Shown: positions 49,743 through 60,310 of the stretch, one piece after another
Layout of the letters: every line of letters begins with the position of its first letter
How positions within the stretch are numbered: the stretch's first letter is position 1
DNA from: an uncultured Poribacteria bacterium
GTDB lineage: Bacteria > Poribacteria > WGA-4E > WGA-3G
DNA length: 64,000 bases
Assembly (NCBI GenBank): GCA_951813565.1
Contig: OX638351.1
Coordinates: forward strand, 1,280,001 to 1,344,000
Reading direction: 5' to 3'
Program-made: the position numbers and the translations under genes
Notes under the pieces: model-generated
Database searches by the model: none
What the model saw: only the letters and a program-made list of their open reading frames with translations
Told to the model about the DNA's origin: nothing

Positions 49743-50750
49743 ATGCCAGCAACTGAAGAAGTCCAAGCTATTGAAGAGTTAATGAAAAGCCAAGAATCAA
49801 TTGTGGAGCAGTTGAAAAAAGTTATTATCGGCCAAGAAGAGGTAATCAATCAGATGTTGATGGCACTCTTTGCCGGTGGGCATTGCCTTGTCGAAGGTGT
49901 GCCGGGATTAGCGAAAACGTTGATGATCAAAACACTCGCTGAGATCCTCAATCTCAAATTTAAACGAATTCAGTTCACACCTGATTTGATGCCCGCTGAT
50001 ATTATCGGTACCGATGTGCTTGAGGAGGATCGCACTACAGGACATAGGACGATTCGGTTCATTCAAGGGCCTATCTTCGCGAATATCCTTCTTGCCGATG
50101 AGATTAACCGAACGCCGCCGAAGACACAAGCTGCGCTTCTGGAAGCAATGCAGGAATACCATGTTACTGCTGGTGGTAACGAATACGAATTGACTGAACC
50201 CTTCTTTGTGCTTGCTACACAGAATCCAATTGAGCAGGAAGGCACATACCCGTTGCCAGAAGCACAGCTTGACAGGTTCATGTTCAAAATCGTTATAGAC
50301 TATCCAGCAGAGGAAGAGGAAGTTAATATCATTTCTGCGACAACAGGCGCCGAAGAACCAGAATTAGATACAGCACTTTCAGGTGAAGCCATTGTTGCGT
50401 TGCACCAAATCGTTCGCAGAGTGCCTGCAGCAGATAACGTTGTACAATACGCCGTAAAACTGGCTCGGGCAACCCGTCCTAAAGAAAAGGATGCACCTGA
50501 CTTTATTCAACAGTGGGTGCGATGGGGGGCAGGTCCGCGTGCAGGTCAGTATCTGATATTAGGTGCGAAAGCCAGAGCTATTCTCAGAGGACGTTACAAC
50601 GCTTCGTGTGAAGATGTTAAAGCAGTAGCGCCGGCAGTGCTACGACATCGCGTGCTGACAAACTTTCATGCTGAGGCTGAAGGGGTTGATACCGATATAG
50701 TTATTGAACGCCTCCTTGAAACAGTACAAGAACCTGCTGCCAAAATGTAA
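49743..50750 (+). CDS. moxR: MoxR-family AAA+ ATPase
   Basis: [47 protein letters not shown]. Confidence 0.95.
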   Translation: MPATEEVQAIEELMKSQESIVEQLKKVIIGQEEVINQMLMALFAGGHCLVEGVPGLAKTLMIKTLAEILNLKFKRIQFTPDLMPADIIGTDVLEEDRTTGHRTIRFIQGPIFANILLADEINRTPPKTQAALLEAMQEYHVTAGGNEYELTEPFFVLATQNPIEQEGTYPLPEAQLDRFMFKIVIDYPAEEEEVNIISATTGAEEPELDTALSGEAIVALHQIVRRVPAADNVVQYAVKLARATRPKEKDAPDFIQQWVRWGAGPRAGQYLILGAKARAILRGRYNASCEDVKAVAPAVLRHRVLTNFHAEAEGVDTDIVIERLLETVQEPAAKM

Positions 50751-50793
50751 TTCTCTGCGCTAAGGACCCCTTAAATTATCTCCGTTCCCATCT

Positions 50794-51483
50794 TTGGAGC
50801 GCAAAATCTTGAAAGTTTCGGTCATCATTCCTGTTTTAAATGAAGAAGGCGCGATTGCAAATGTCATCAACGATATTCCAAAATCGTTAGTTCAAGAAAT
50901 AATCGTTGTAGACAATGGATGCACCGACCGGACAGTAGAAATAGCGCGTCAACACGGTGCAAAAGTCGTGACTGAGCCGCGCAGAGGCTATGGCAGCGCC
51001 TGTCTTGCAGGAATCGCTGCTGTTCAAGTAGCGGACATCATAGTTTTTTTAGATGGTGATTATAGCGATGATCCAACGGAGATGCCATCGCTTGTGCAAC
51101 CGATCCAAGAGGGGCTCGCGGAGTTTGTTGTCGGCACACGTGTGCCAAGTGAAAAGGGCGCGTTGCTACCGCAGGCACAATTCGGGAACAAACTTGCAAC
51201 CTTTTTAATGCGAATCTTTTTCGGCGTCCAGTATACCGATTTAGGACCCTTTCGTGCTATCCGTTACGAACAACTCCAGGCATTAGGCATGCAGGATAAA
51301 AACTTCGGATGGACAATAGAGATGCAACTCAAAGCAGCCAAAATGGGGATGAATGTCCGTGAGGTGCCAGTCAGTTATCGTAAACGTATCGGCACATCAA
51401 AAATTAGTGGTACCTTCATCGGAAGTATCCGAGCTGGTGCCAAGATACTGACAACACTCTTTCGGTATACAATTCTACGTTGA
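50794..51483 (+). CDS. Glycosyltransferase family 2 (DPM1-like)
   Basis: IIPVLNEE, VVDNGCTD, DGD. Confidence 0.9.
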   Translation: MERKILKVSVIIPVLNEEGAIANVINDIPKSLVQEIIVVDNGCTDRTVEIARQHGAKVVTEPRRGYGSACLAGIAAVQVADIIVFLDGDYSDDPTEMPSLVQPIQEGLAEFVVGTRVPSEKGALLPQAQFGNKLATFLMRIFFGVQYTDLGPFRAIRYEQLQALGMQDKNFGWTIEMQLKAAKMGMNVREVPVSYRKRIGTSKISGTFIGSIRAGAKILTTLFRYTILR

Positions 51484-51520
51484 TTTCTTCCGAGGGCGGG
51501 CGTTCTGTTGTAGGTAAAGC

Positions 51521-52492
51521 ATGAAAAATCTTGTTACAGAACATTTCTGGTACGTCAAACAGATACATGTTTTCCGAGACCTCTCCGAAGAAGATGCCCG
51601 CGTGTTAGCACAGATAGTCACATTCAAAAACCTAAAACACGAGGAGCGAATTCGCGAAGAAGGTGTTTATCTAATTAAAGAAGGGCGCGTTAAAATTTCC
51701 GAAAATCTATCAGATGCTGATTCTGAGAAAGTTGAAAAGCGTTCTAAGAATTCAGACTCCAATGAAAAGCAAGACCCAGAAACAAAAGATGTGCTGGAAC
51801 CGGGCGAGATATTTGGAGTAATCTCAGATGAAGGGGTTTTGAATGAAAATCGAACGACCTTCGCGGAAACTCTGACTGAAGTTTGGCTCGGCACAGCGAC
51901 AATTCGTGATTTTTCGTTTTTTCTTAAACGGAAACCGCATTTAGCACTACCACTACCTCGTAGGAGGCAGCTAGGTTTCTCTAATGTGTTTGGAGCATCC
52001 ACTAATCCATTTTTGAGATATAATAGGAATAAGAAACAAGAGGAACAACTTAATTCACGCAGCATATTGAAAACATCCGCTGCTCCAGATTGTAAACGTG
52101 CCAACGCGTTCAGAAATATTATGTTCCGAAGCACATCTTCTTGTCTTGCACTGCTATTACAGAATCTTGCTTTGACCCCAGATAGAAACGGTGTTGTGTT
52201 CGTGCCTCGTCTACCAATTAGGCGTATCTCAAGACTAATTGGCAGTTCAACGGAAACAACTGAGACACTATTAAAAACGTTTAAACAACATAATGTAATT
52301 GATACACGGCGCGGACAGATTCAGATTTTGAATCCGTGGCAGCTAAAGAAAATTGCAGTTGCGCGGATGAAAACATTATCGCCACCCGAAGTGCTTGTCA
52401 CTGCTTCCGATGATGATATTGATTTAGAAAAGCTTATTAATTTTCAGGAAGATGCCAGAACTGAACCCCGCTCTGCTGGACCTTCGGTGTAA
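51521..52492 (+). CDS. Divergent Crp/Fnr family regulator
   Basis: VYLIKEGRVKI, PGEIFG, C-terminal HTH-like ISRLIGSSTET..L..F. Confidence 0.7.
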   Translation: MKNLVTEHFWYVKQIHVFRDLSEEDARVLAQIVTFKNLKHEERIREEGVYLIKEGRVKISENLSDADSEKVEKRSKNSDSNEKQDPETKDVLEPGEIFGVISDEGVLNENRTTFAETLTEVWLGTATIRDFSFFLKRKPHLALPLPRRRQLGFSNVFGASTNPFLRYNRNKKQEEQLNSRSILKTSAAPDCKRANAFRNIMFRSTSSCLALLLQNLALTPDRNGVVFVPRLPIRRISRLIGSSTETTETLLKTFKQHNVIDTRRGQIQILNPWQLKKIAVARMKTLSPPEVLVTASDDDIDLEKLINFQEDARTEPRSAGPSV

Positions 52493-52543
52493 AACTTTGT
52501 TCACGTTACTTACACAAGAATAGAAACTGATTATTTGGAGAAT

Positions 52544-53920
52544 ATGAAAAACAAAAATCCTTACCTAAACATTGACCAGCAAATGGTCGGTGACATTTAT
52601 ACAAGCCGCGAGGCTATGGAGAATTTGACGGTTTTATGTGATGACTTCGGATCCCGCTTTGCAGGAACCCCCGAAGAATACAAGGCTGCTACTTTTATCT
52701 CTGAAACATTTACTCGCTACGGTCTCAAAAACGTTAGATTGGAGGAATATCCCTACGCAGGTTGGACACGCGGTGCAGCTACGCTCACAATCACAGAACC
52801 TATTGAACGGACTTTGCACTGCATTTCGCTACCTTACTGTCCGGCGGGTGATATTACAGGTGAACTCGTTTCTGTCGGACATGGAAGTCCTCCTGAATAC
52901 AGTGGACTTGGTGAAACAGCCCGTGGTAAACTCGTGATGGCGAAAAGTTCATCACCGAGAGACCTTGGTAGGTGGGTACATCGGAAAGAAAAGTATGAAC
53001 GTGCATTTCTCGGTGGGGCAAGTGCTTTCATTTTTGTGAGTGAACACCCTGGCGTTGGACCAGAAACCGGTAGCCTTCAAAATAACAGACCCGCACCTAT
53101 TCCTGGTATCTCTGTTTGTAAGGAAGATGGCGATTTTCTGACACGATGTATTGATCGTTATGGAAAGGTGACAATGCGTCTGCAAACGACAGACATTAAC
53201 GAGCCTCGCACCTCATGGAACGTAGTCGCTGACTTACCTGGGAAAGAAATTCCTGAAGAGATGATTGTTCTGGGATGCCATTACGATGGACACGACATTT
53301 CGCAAGGTGCGCATGACCCCGCCTCAGGTATGGTTTCCGTTATAGAAGCGGCGCGTGTGTTAGCAACCTACACATCGGATATGCTAAAACGTACCATCCG
53401 ATTTATCGCTTTCGGAACGGAGGAAATTGGGCTTACCGGCGCATTTCGCTATGTTGAAGTACATGCAAACCAGTTAGATAACATTCGGTTCATGTTGAAT
53501 ATGGACGCAGCCGGCGGCACAAGTCGAAAAGGGATTGTTTTGCATCAATGGGATACGTTGGTACCGTTCTTTCAAACAGCACAGCAACAGATGCATGCAG
53601 ATATGCCTGTAGGACAGAAGGTGCATTCCTACTCCGACCATTTTCCGTTTTTTCTTGAGGGGGTGCCATCATGTCACATGGGCGACCCTACTTCTGTTCC
53701 ATCTGGACGCGGTTTTGGACATACTGCTTATGACACATTGGAAAAGGTGGAGTTGGAAAACCTTCGACGTGCAAGCTCAGTCGGTGCAAGGGTAGCGCTC
53801 CGATGCGCAAACGTAGAAAAATTTCCCGCAAAACGCCGTTCTAACGAGGATGTGCAGAAAATTGTTGATACAGACCCAGGATTAGAAGGGTACCGCATCT
53901 CTCTGAAATTGAAAGCATAG
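52544..53920 (+). CDS. M28 family metallopeptidase with PA domain
   Basis: HYDGH, GAHDPASG, EEIG, NMD, SDH. Confidence 0.88.
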   Translation: MKNKNPYLNIDQQMVGDIYTSREAMENLTVLCDDFGSRFAGTPEEYKAATFISETFTRYGLKNVRLEEYPYAGWTRGAATLTITEPIERTLHCISLPYCPAGDITGELVSVGHGSPPEYSGLGETARGKLVMAKSSSPRDLGRWVHRKEKYERAFLGGASAFIFVSEHPGVGPETGSLQNNRPAPIPGISVCKEDGDFLTRCIDRYGKVTMRLQTTDINEPRTSWNVVADLPGKEIPEEMIVLGCHYDGHDISQGAHDPASGMVSVIEAARVLATYTSDMLKRTIRFIAFGTEEIGLTGAFRYVEVHANQLDNIRFMLNMDAAGGTSRKGIVLHQWDTLVPFFQTAQQQMHADMPVGQKVHSYSDHFPFFLEGVPSCHMGDPTSVPSGRGFGHTAYDTLEKVELENLRRASSVGARVALRCANVEKFPAKRRSNEDVQKIVDTDPGLEGYRISLKLKA

Positions 53921-53947
53921 ATTGAATAGGTTTCTGTGGTATAACGA

Positions 53948-55453
53948 ATGAAGGCAAGCAAAATCCAAAACAGATCTCTGTCATATAATATAGGGATTTT
54001 ACTAAAAGATTTCTTTGTGTTTTGTAAGCGTCCACGGATTGCAATTCTGCTTTTAGTGTTAGTCCTTTCACTGTTCAGTTTTTTGCTTCAAGCAAGTGTA
54101 CACGCCGAGCAAGACCTACAACGTGCCGTTACGCAATCGAGACGGACAGCAATCGTAACAGCAGTCGAACGCGCAAGTCCCGCAGTCGTGAATATCAGCG
54201 CTATACAGAGTGTTACGCAGCTAACATCCCTTGATGAGTGGTTTTTGAGAGAATTTTGGGGAGAAGTTCCACCTATTCGCAAACGTTCCCTACGTGAAGT
54301 CGGTTCAGGTGTAATTATCAGTGAAGATGGTTATATCCTTACGAATCATCACGTTATTAAAAAAGCAGAAAAGATCAGAGTTGCCATCCCTGACGGACGA
54401 GAATTTGATGCGCATGTACTCGGTTACGATTTTCTCTCGGACCTCGCGCTTTTGAAAGTGGATACTAAAGAAGATTTACCCCAAATTAAATGGGGTGACT
54501 CCGATAATTTACTCATTGGAGAATGGGCGCTCGCAATCGGAAATCCCTTTGGGTTATCATTTGGCAACGCTCAACCAACAGTAACAATTGGAATTGTCAG
54601 TGCTACACAACGTTCTCTGGCGCTAGATAATCGTTTTTATGAAACACTAATACAAACAGATGCCTCTGTTAACCCAGGAAATAGTGGTGGTGCTTTGGTA
54701 AATGTACACGGTGAACTTATCGGTATAAACACCGTCATCCGTTCAACAAGCGGTGGTTCGCAAGGGGTTGGATTTGCTATTCCTGCAAATAAAGCGAGAA
54801 AGGTAATTGAGAAAATTACAGAACACGGATGTATTGTCCCTCCTTATCTTGGTGTGGAGATACAATCTGTAACAGAAGAAATGGCTGAAAAACTTTTGGG
54901 GAAGGAAGCTTCACAAAAATCCGTTTTTTCGCGTGGCGTTTTAGTATCGGAACTGGAAAAACAGAGTCCTATTGCTGCTGCCGGTATTAAACGAGGTGAT
55001 ATTATCCGGTCCATCTCAGGGCATCAGACTAAGGATGAAACCGATTTTAAGGCGGTTGTACGCTTACTGCCGCTAAACCAAAACATAAAGTGTGAATTTA
55101 TCCGTCGTGGTAAAAAAAGAGAGACGAACTTGAAATTAAAGACACTGGAATGGGAATATGCACCACAAAGATGGGGACTCACACTCACGCAGCCCGATAA
55201 GAAGAGGGCAAAAAAATATAAACGCCGTGGTGTCCTCATTTCACACATTGAAAAAGGAAGTGGATTAGCAGAGGTTCTTAAGAAAGGGGATGTTATCTAC
55301 CAAATAAACGATATTGAAATTCATACTCTTGAAATTTTTAAAATTGTTGATGAACGGATTCATGCACCAAGTAGAATTCAAGTCTACTTCGAGAGAAATG
55401 GCGAACAGAAGTCTATCCCTATCACTTTTCATAGGAACAATCGTTGGAGATAG
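53948..55453 (+). CDS. HtrA/DegP-like serine protease with two PDZ domains
   Basis: TNHHV, DLALLK, GNSGGAL triad; PDZ domains. Confidence 0.92.
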   Translation: MKASKIQNRSLSYNIGILLKDFFVFCKRPRIAILLLVLVLSLFSFLLQASVHAEQDLQRAVTQSRRTAIVTAVERASPAVVNISAIQSVTQLTSLDEWFLREFWGEVPPIRKRSLREVGSGVIISEDGYILTNHHVIKKAEKIRVAIPDGREFDAHVLGYDFLSDLALLKVDTKEDLPQIKWGDSDNLLIGEWALAIGNPFGLSFGNAQPTVTIGIVSATQRSLALDNRFYETLIQTDASVNPGNSGGALVNVHGELIGINTVIRSTSGGSQGVGFAIPANKARKVIEKITEHGCIVPPYLGVEIQSVTEEMAEKLLGKEASQKSVFSRGVLVSELEKQSPIAAAGIKRGDIIRSISGHQTKDETDFKAVVRLLPLNQNIKCEFIRRGKKRETNLKLKTLEWEYAPQRWGLTLTQPDKKRAKKYKRRGVLISHIEKGSGLAEVLKKGDVIYQINDIEIHTLEIFKIVDERIHAPSRIQVYFERNGEQKSIPITFHRNNRWR

Positions 55454-55562
55454 GTGTTTTAAGGGTGATAGAAAGCGAACACAGTGAGTTTGCTGTTAAG
55501 TAAAAATAATAAAGACAAAATAAGATATTAATTACATTAAACTACGACAATGGAGAACGAAA

Positions 55563-56276
55563 ATGAAATTGCAGCTACCCACACTCATTATTGTCTGTTT
55601 GTCTGTTGTGTTGATTCTTACTATATATTTTTTGGGTAGGAACACACAATCCATTCAAGAGTCTAACGAGGAAAGTGAAGAGTTTCAAACAGTTCGGATT
55701 GATGCTGAGAACGCTTACAACGCACAAAATTTCAATCAAGCTATAGAACTTTATGAACAGGCATTAGAGTTACGCCCTGAAAACGCTGAAATATATAACG
55801 ACCTCGGTTCTACTCATTACGATCTTGGATTGAAATATGCGGGACCGAAATGGCCCTCATGGCAGATTATGGACAAATCGGTTGAAGGCGCGCTTGCAGA
55901 GTTTGACCGTGCAATACAAATAACAGAGTCTGGATATATTGTTTTTGAAACGAGTTCGACTGAAATAGCAAAAGCAGTAGAAGAAAAGGCAAAGTTAAAG
56001 GGTGCTGCTGTCTTTCCTTACCATGGAAACTCACAGACTACACTCAATATCCTTATTGGGTCTACAAAAGATCATCTGCTACAGGCGCGTTGGATGTTTC
56101 GTAAGTCTATAGAATTGAAATCTACTTATGCTGCACCCTATCGTAATATCGGTGCGTTCTACATGAAAATAGGTATTAGAGATAAGGCTCTCAATTATTT
56201 GCGGGAAGCATACAAACGCGAACCGAGTGATGAGGTACTCGGGGAATATCTGCAACAATTCCGGAGTGAATTTTAG
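55563..56276 (+). CDS. Membrane-anchored TPR protein
   Basis: N-terminal TM; AIELYEQALELRPENAEIYNDLG. Confidence 0.8.
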   Translation: MKLQLPTLIIVCLSVVLILTIYFLGRNTQSIQESNEESEEFQTVRIDAENAYNAQNFNQAIELYEQALELRPENAEIYNDLGSTHYDLGLKYAGPKWPSWQIMDKSVEGALAEFDRAIQITESGYIVFETSSTEIAKAVEEKAKLKGAAVFPYHGNSQTTLNILIGSTKDHLLQARWMFRKSIELKSTYAAPYRNIGAFYMKIGIRDKALNYLREAYKREPSDEVLGEYLQQFRSEF

Positions 56277-56354
56277 GCGTTACTTTATAGGTATTTTGGC
56301 AAGCACTACAGTCTATTTTTACCATACCTAATTGACTATTGATCATAATAACCT

Positions 56355-56748
56355 GTAGGTTGGGTAGAGCGCAGCGAAACCCATAAATCGACGCTATGAA
56401 TGCCTGAATCAACGCCAAATGCGCCTGTGGCATTTGGCGGGTGTAAACTTAAGGATTTATTTCAGATTTCACACATTTTAACCCAAACAACACCGTAATC
56501 CGATTGTAGGGGCGGGTCTCCGGGGAATGCCAAAAGGCATTCGGACCCGGTGAATGACTAAATGTCGTTCATACCGTTGATTTCTTGATTTGGTGCCCGC
56601 CCGTTGTTTGAATACATTAGCAATGGCGGGGCACAGAGACCCCGCCAAATGCCAAAAAGCGCATTTGGCGTTGATTTGGCCCTACAAGGTTTGACGGGAA
56701 TTATCCACTAAATTGACGCCTATAGGTAGAGCACAGCGAAACCCAACA
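56355..56748. repeat. Nested REP cluster with three micro-insertions (56404-56437, 56523-56592, 56645-56678)
   Basis: GGTAGAGC.CAGCGAAACCCA repeated at both ends; two GTAGGG(G/C)CGGG..TCTC..GTGCCC REPs, each split by an insert. Confidence 0.85.
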
Positions 56749-56815
56749 ACTGAATGCTAAAGTTGGTTTCTCGTTCGCTACGGAGTCTGTATTATAGAAA
56801 TACAAAATATTAATT

Positions 56816-59800
56816 ATGAAAAGCCTAACGCAAAAACGTTGCACTGGCTGTGGTTTTATGAACCCAGCAGTCAATTTTTGTGGTGACTGTGGTCGCGAAC
56901 TTGGTGACACAGACATACCAATCAGTGCAACCCCTATCAGCAAGGCAGAAAGACGACAACTGACAGTTTTGTTCTGCGATGTTATAGATTCTACTGCATT
57001 GACAGAACAGTTGGATCCAGAGGATTTACGACAAGTATTGGACTCATATCGTGAATCTGTCGCAGAGGTCGTTTTAGAATATGATGGACATATCGCGCGT
57101 TATTTTGGCGATGGTATCTTAGTATACTTCGGGTACCCGATTGCACATGAAGACGCAACGCGTCGCGCTGTACAAGCAGGATTGAAGATTGTTGCTGGAT
57201 TAGATAGTCTAAATTTTCGCTTGACAGAGATATTTGGTATTCAGATACAGGTGCGCCTAAGTATAGATACCGGTTTGGTAGTCGTATGGGAAGTAGGGAT
57301 GCCCATCAGTAAGTCAAGCGAGCGTATATTTTCTTTAGAACATTATCATGGCGATGCGATAGATATTGTCGGAAAAACGCCGAATATAGCCGCTCGCATG
57401 CAGCAAGTTGCGCCACCAAACGGTATCGTGGTTGGTGAGACTACGCTCAGATTGATTGAAGGACTTTTTACATATCAAGACTTGGGCACATTAGCACTGA
57501 AAGGAATTTCGCAACCTGTTCCGATTTATCAGATACTCGGTGAACATCCGGATAGTGCACTCCCAGATTTCAGACGCGAACAAGCAAAACTTCCACTACA
57601 AAGCAATGTGACGCCTTTAATTGGACGAACGCGACAGGTAGCAACCCTAAAAGCACGATGGAAACTCGCTGCAGCATCGTCAGGACAGGTCGTCCTAATT
57701 GAAGGCGAAGCAGGCATCGGCAAATCACGCATTGTTGCTGTTATCGCCGATCAGGTGACAGAAACTGATACACAAATATTAGAATGCCGCGGTTCACCGG
57801 ATTCACAAAATAGTCCACTTCACCCAATTCTATCGCTTTTGCGACAACAACTCTTACGGTTCGGTGAAATGGACACCGGAAGTACGCAGCTGCAAAAACT
57901 GGATCAGTTTTTAAATACCCACGAACTTTCACAAAATCTGCTCCCTCTGTTGGCAGAACTCTTAGAGATAGATGCGGACTACCGAACTTTGGATTTAAAA
58001 CCAGAGCAACGTCGCAGACGCACTTTACAAGCACTTGTCCAGATTTTCCTGAAAACTGCTGCACGAAAGCCACTTTTACTGATCGCAGAAGACCTACATT
58101 GGGCTGATCCATCTACTTTGGAGTTGCTGCATCTGTTAATCTCGCGGATTGAAACCGCACCGATCCTCGCAATTTTGACATCGCGTGCCGAGATGGGGGT
58201 TCATCAGGATAGCACACAAGCAGAAGGGAGAGTAAAACTTAAGACACTTGCTGAATTAGAATGGGGAACCGAAATATCGCTCAAACGTTTGAACCGTAGG
58301 CAGGTTTCACAAATGATTGCAGAAGTGGCAGGCGATCGGGCAATACCTACGGATGTGTCAAAACAAATTGCAGCGAAAACAGAAGGCGTACCGTTGTTTG
58401 TAGAAGAATTAACACGCATGGCACTTGAAGCCGACCTGCAAAACATTGATGTTTCAACAGAAATACCAGCAACACTACAAGCGTCGTTGACTGCAAGACT
58501 CGACAGACTCGGTTCGAGAAAAGAACTCGTTCAGCTTGGCGCAACACTGGGTAGAGAATGGACAGCAGAACTGCTATATAAGGTCGTAGCGAGTATTGTT
58601 GAAGAACCTGAAGAGGGTGAGTTTCTTGCACATCATGATCTGTTTGCTGCACTCCCTCCGTTTCCAGAACAGCAGAATGATCTCACATGGGTTAAAAAAG
58701 AATTACAGCAGCTTGTTGAAGCAGAGATCTTAAGGTGTCGACAAACCCATGAGAATAAACAAATTTATACTTTCAAGCATCCGTTGATTCGGGAGACAGC
58801 GTATCAAACACTGCTTAAAAGCACCCGACACGCGTATCACCGACGGATTGCCAATGTGTTACGGCAAGCATTTGGGGATGTTGTGCGGGCTCAACCGGAG
58901 TTAGTTGCATACCACTACACGGAGGGTGAACTTCCTGAGCGGGCTATTGAATTTTGGCAACAAGCAGGACAACGTGCGGTAGAACGATCCGCAAATGTTG
59001 AGGGCGTTCGTCATTTGACGCAAGGATTGACTCTATTAGACACATTGCCAGAAACCCCTGCACGCTCAGCACGCGAATTGGTAATTCAAACAACTTTGGG
59101 CCCCGCACTTATTGCAACAATGGGTTATGCGGCACTTGAGGTAGAGAAAACATATACACGTGCAAAAGCACTGTTGGAAACTATGCCGAATAATGAGCGC
59201 ATGCCACTCCGATTCCCGATTCTATTTGGACTATGGCTCTCCTATTTGGTACGGGCAAAGTTACAAACAGCACGAGAACTCGGAGAACAGTGTCTTGTGA
59301 TGGCGCAACAACAAGCGAGCACAGTATTGGAAGTAGAAGCACATCGGGCATTAGGTGCAACACTTTACTACCTCGGCGAGTTAAGAATGGCACACGCTCA
59401 CGTTGAAGCAGGAATCGAACGTTATGACCCACATCAACACCCAGTACATGCGTTTTTTCATTATCTTGCTGATCCAGGGATGACCCTGCGTTCTTACTCC
59501 GCTCCGTTAGTGTGGTGTTTAGGATACCCCGAACAAGCCTTAACGCAGCTACAGGCAGCACAGCAGATGGGTGAGGAACGACCACATCCGTTTAGTCAAG
59601 TGGTTTCCCTACATTTTGGAGCACTGTTATACCAACAACGCCGCGATGTAGAGAAGGTCAACACGTATGCTACAGAACTACTCGTTATTTGCCGAGAGCA
59701 CGGTTTTTCCGTGTGGGAACCAACGGGTAGAATAATGAAAGGTTGGGCACTTCAACAGGACGCTGGTAATACACACGAAGAAGGAATAGCTTTGATTCGA

Positions 59801-60310
59801 GAAGGAATTGCCGATTGGGAAGCCAATCGATCTCGTGTCCTACGGCCTGTTTACTTAGGGATATTAGCACAGGCTTGTGGTCAGGCAGGAAAGTTTCAAG
59901 AAGGGATTCAGGCAATTGAAAAAGCACTTGAAGCCGTCGCGGAAAGTGGTGAACGCACCAATGAAGCAGAACTCTATCGACTCAAAGGAGAACTTTTGCT
60001 ACAATCGGGTAGAGATTCCCTGTTAACTTGTCAAGCAGACGAGCAAAACGAATGTTCTTTGACACATCAACGTGAGGCAGAGACATGTTTTGAAAAAGCG
60101 TTGACTATTGCGAGGCATCAAGAAGCGAAATCGTGGGAACTCAGAACTGCTGTCAGTTTAAGCAAACTTATGATAACACAGAATCGGCATGATGCTGCGC
60201 ACGCGCTACTTAAACCGATCTATGAATGGTTCACAGAAGGATTTGAGACTACTGACTTGACAGAGGCACGTGACCTATTGGAAATCTTGAAAAGAGGTGA
60301 AACGCTATGA
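56816..60310 (+). CDS. Zn-ribbon + class III nucleotide cyclase + P-loop NTPase + TPR-like protein
   Basis: CTGC..CGDC; ERRQLTVLFCDV, GDG, NIAAR; GEAGIGKS; EDLHWAD; C-terminal WELRTA..WFTEGF. Confidence 0.92.
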   Translation: MKSLTQKRCTGCGFMNPAVNFCGDCGRELGDTDIPISATPISKAERRQLTVLFCDVIDSTALTEQLDPEDLRQVLDSYRESVAEVVLEYDGHIARYFGDGILVYFGYPIAHEDATRRAVQAGLKIVAGLDSLNFRLTEIFGIQIQVRLSIDTGLVVVWEVGMPISKSSERIFSLEHYHGDAIDIVGKTPNIAARMQQVAPPNGIVVGETTLRLIEGLFTYQDLGTLALKGISQPVPIYQILGEHPDSALPDFRREQAKLPLQSNVTPLIGRTRQVATLKARWKLAAASSGQVVLIEGEAGIGKSRIVAVIADQVTETDTQILECRGSPDSQNSPLHPILSLLRQQLLRFGEMDTGSTQLQKLDQFLNTHELSQNLLPLLAELLEIDADYRTLDLKPEQRRRRTLQALVQIFLKTAARKPLLLIAEDLHWADPSTLELLHLLISRIETAPILAILTSRAEMGVHQDSTQAEGRVKLKTLAELEWGTEISLKRLNRRQVSQMIAEVAGDRAIPTDVSKQIAAKTEGVPLFVEELTRMALEADLQNIDVSTEIPATLQASLTARLDRLGSRKELVQLGATLGREWTAELLYKVVASIVEEPEEGEFLAHHDLFAALPPFPEQQNDLTWVKKELQQLVEAEILRCRQTHENKQIYTFKHPLIRETAYQTLLKSTRHAYHRRIANVLRQAFGDVVRAQPELVAYHYTEGELPERAIEFWQQAGQRAVERSANVEGVRHLTQGLTLLDTLPETPARSARELVIQTTLGPALIATMGYAALEVEKTYTRAKALLETMPNNERMPLRFPILFGLWLSYLVRAKLQTARELGEQCLVMAQQQASTVLEVEAHRALGATLYYLGELRMAHAHVEAGIERYDPHQHPVHAFFHYLADPGMTLRSYSAPLVWCLGYPEQALTQLQAAQQMGEERPHPFSQVVSLHFGALLYQQRRDVEKVNTYATELLVICREHGFSVWEPTGRIMKGWALQQDAGNTHEEGIALIREGIADWEANRSRVLRPVYLGILAQACGQAGKFQEGIQAIEKALEAVAESGERTNEAELYRLKGELLLQSGRDSLLTCQADEQNECSLTHQREAETCFEKALTIARHQEAKSWELRTAVSLSKLMITQNRHDAAHALLKPIYEWFTEGFETTDLTEARDLLEILKRGETL

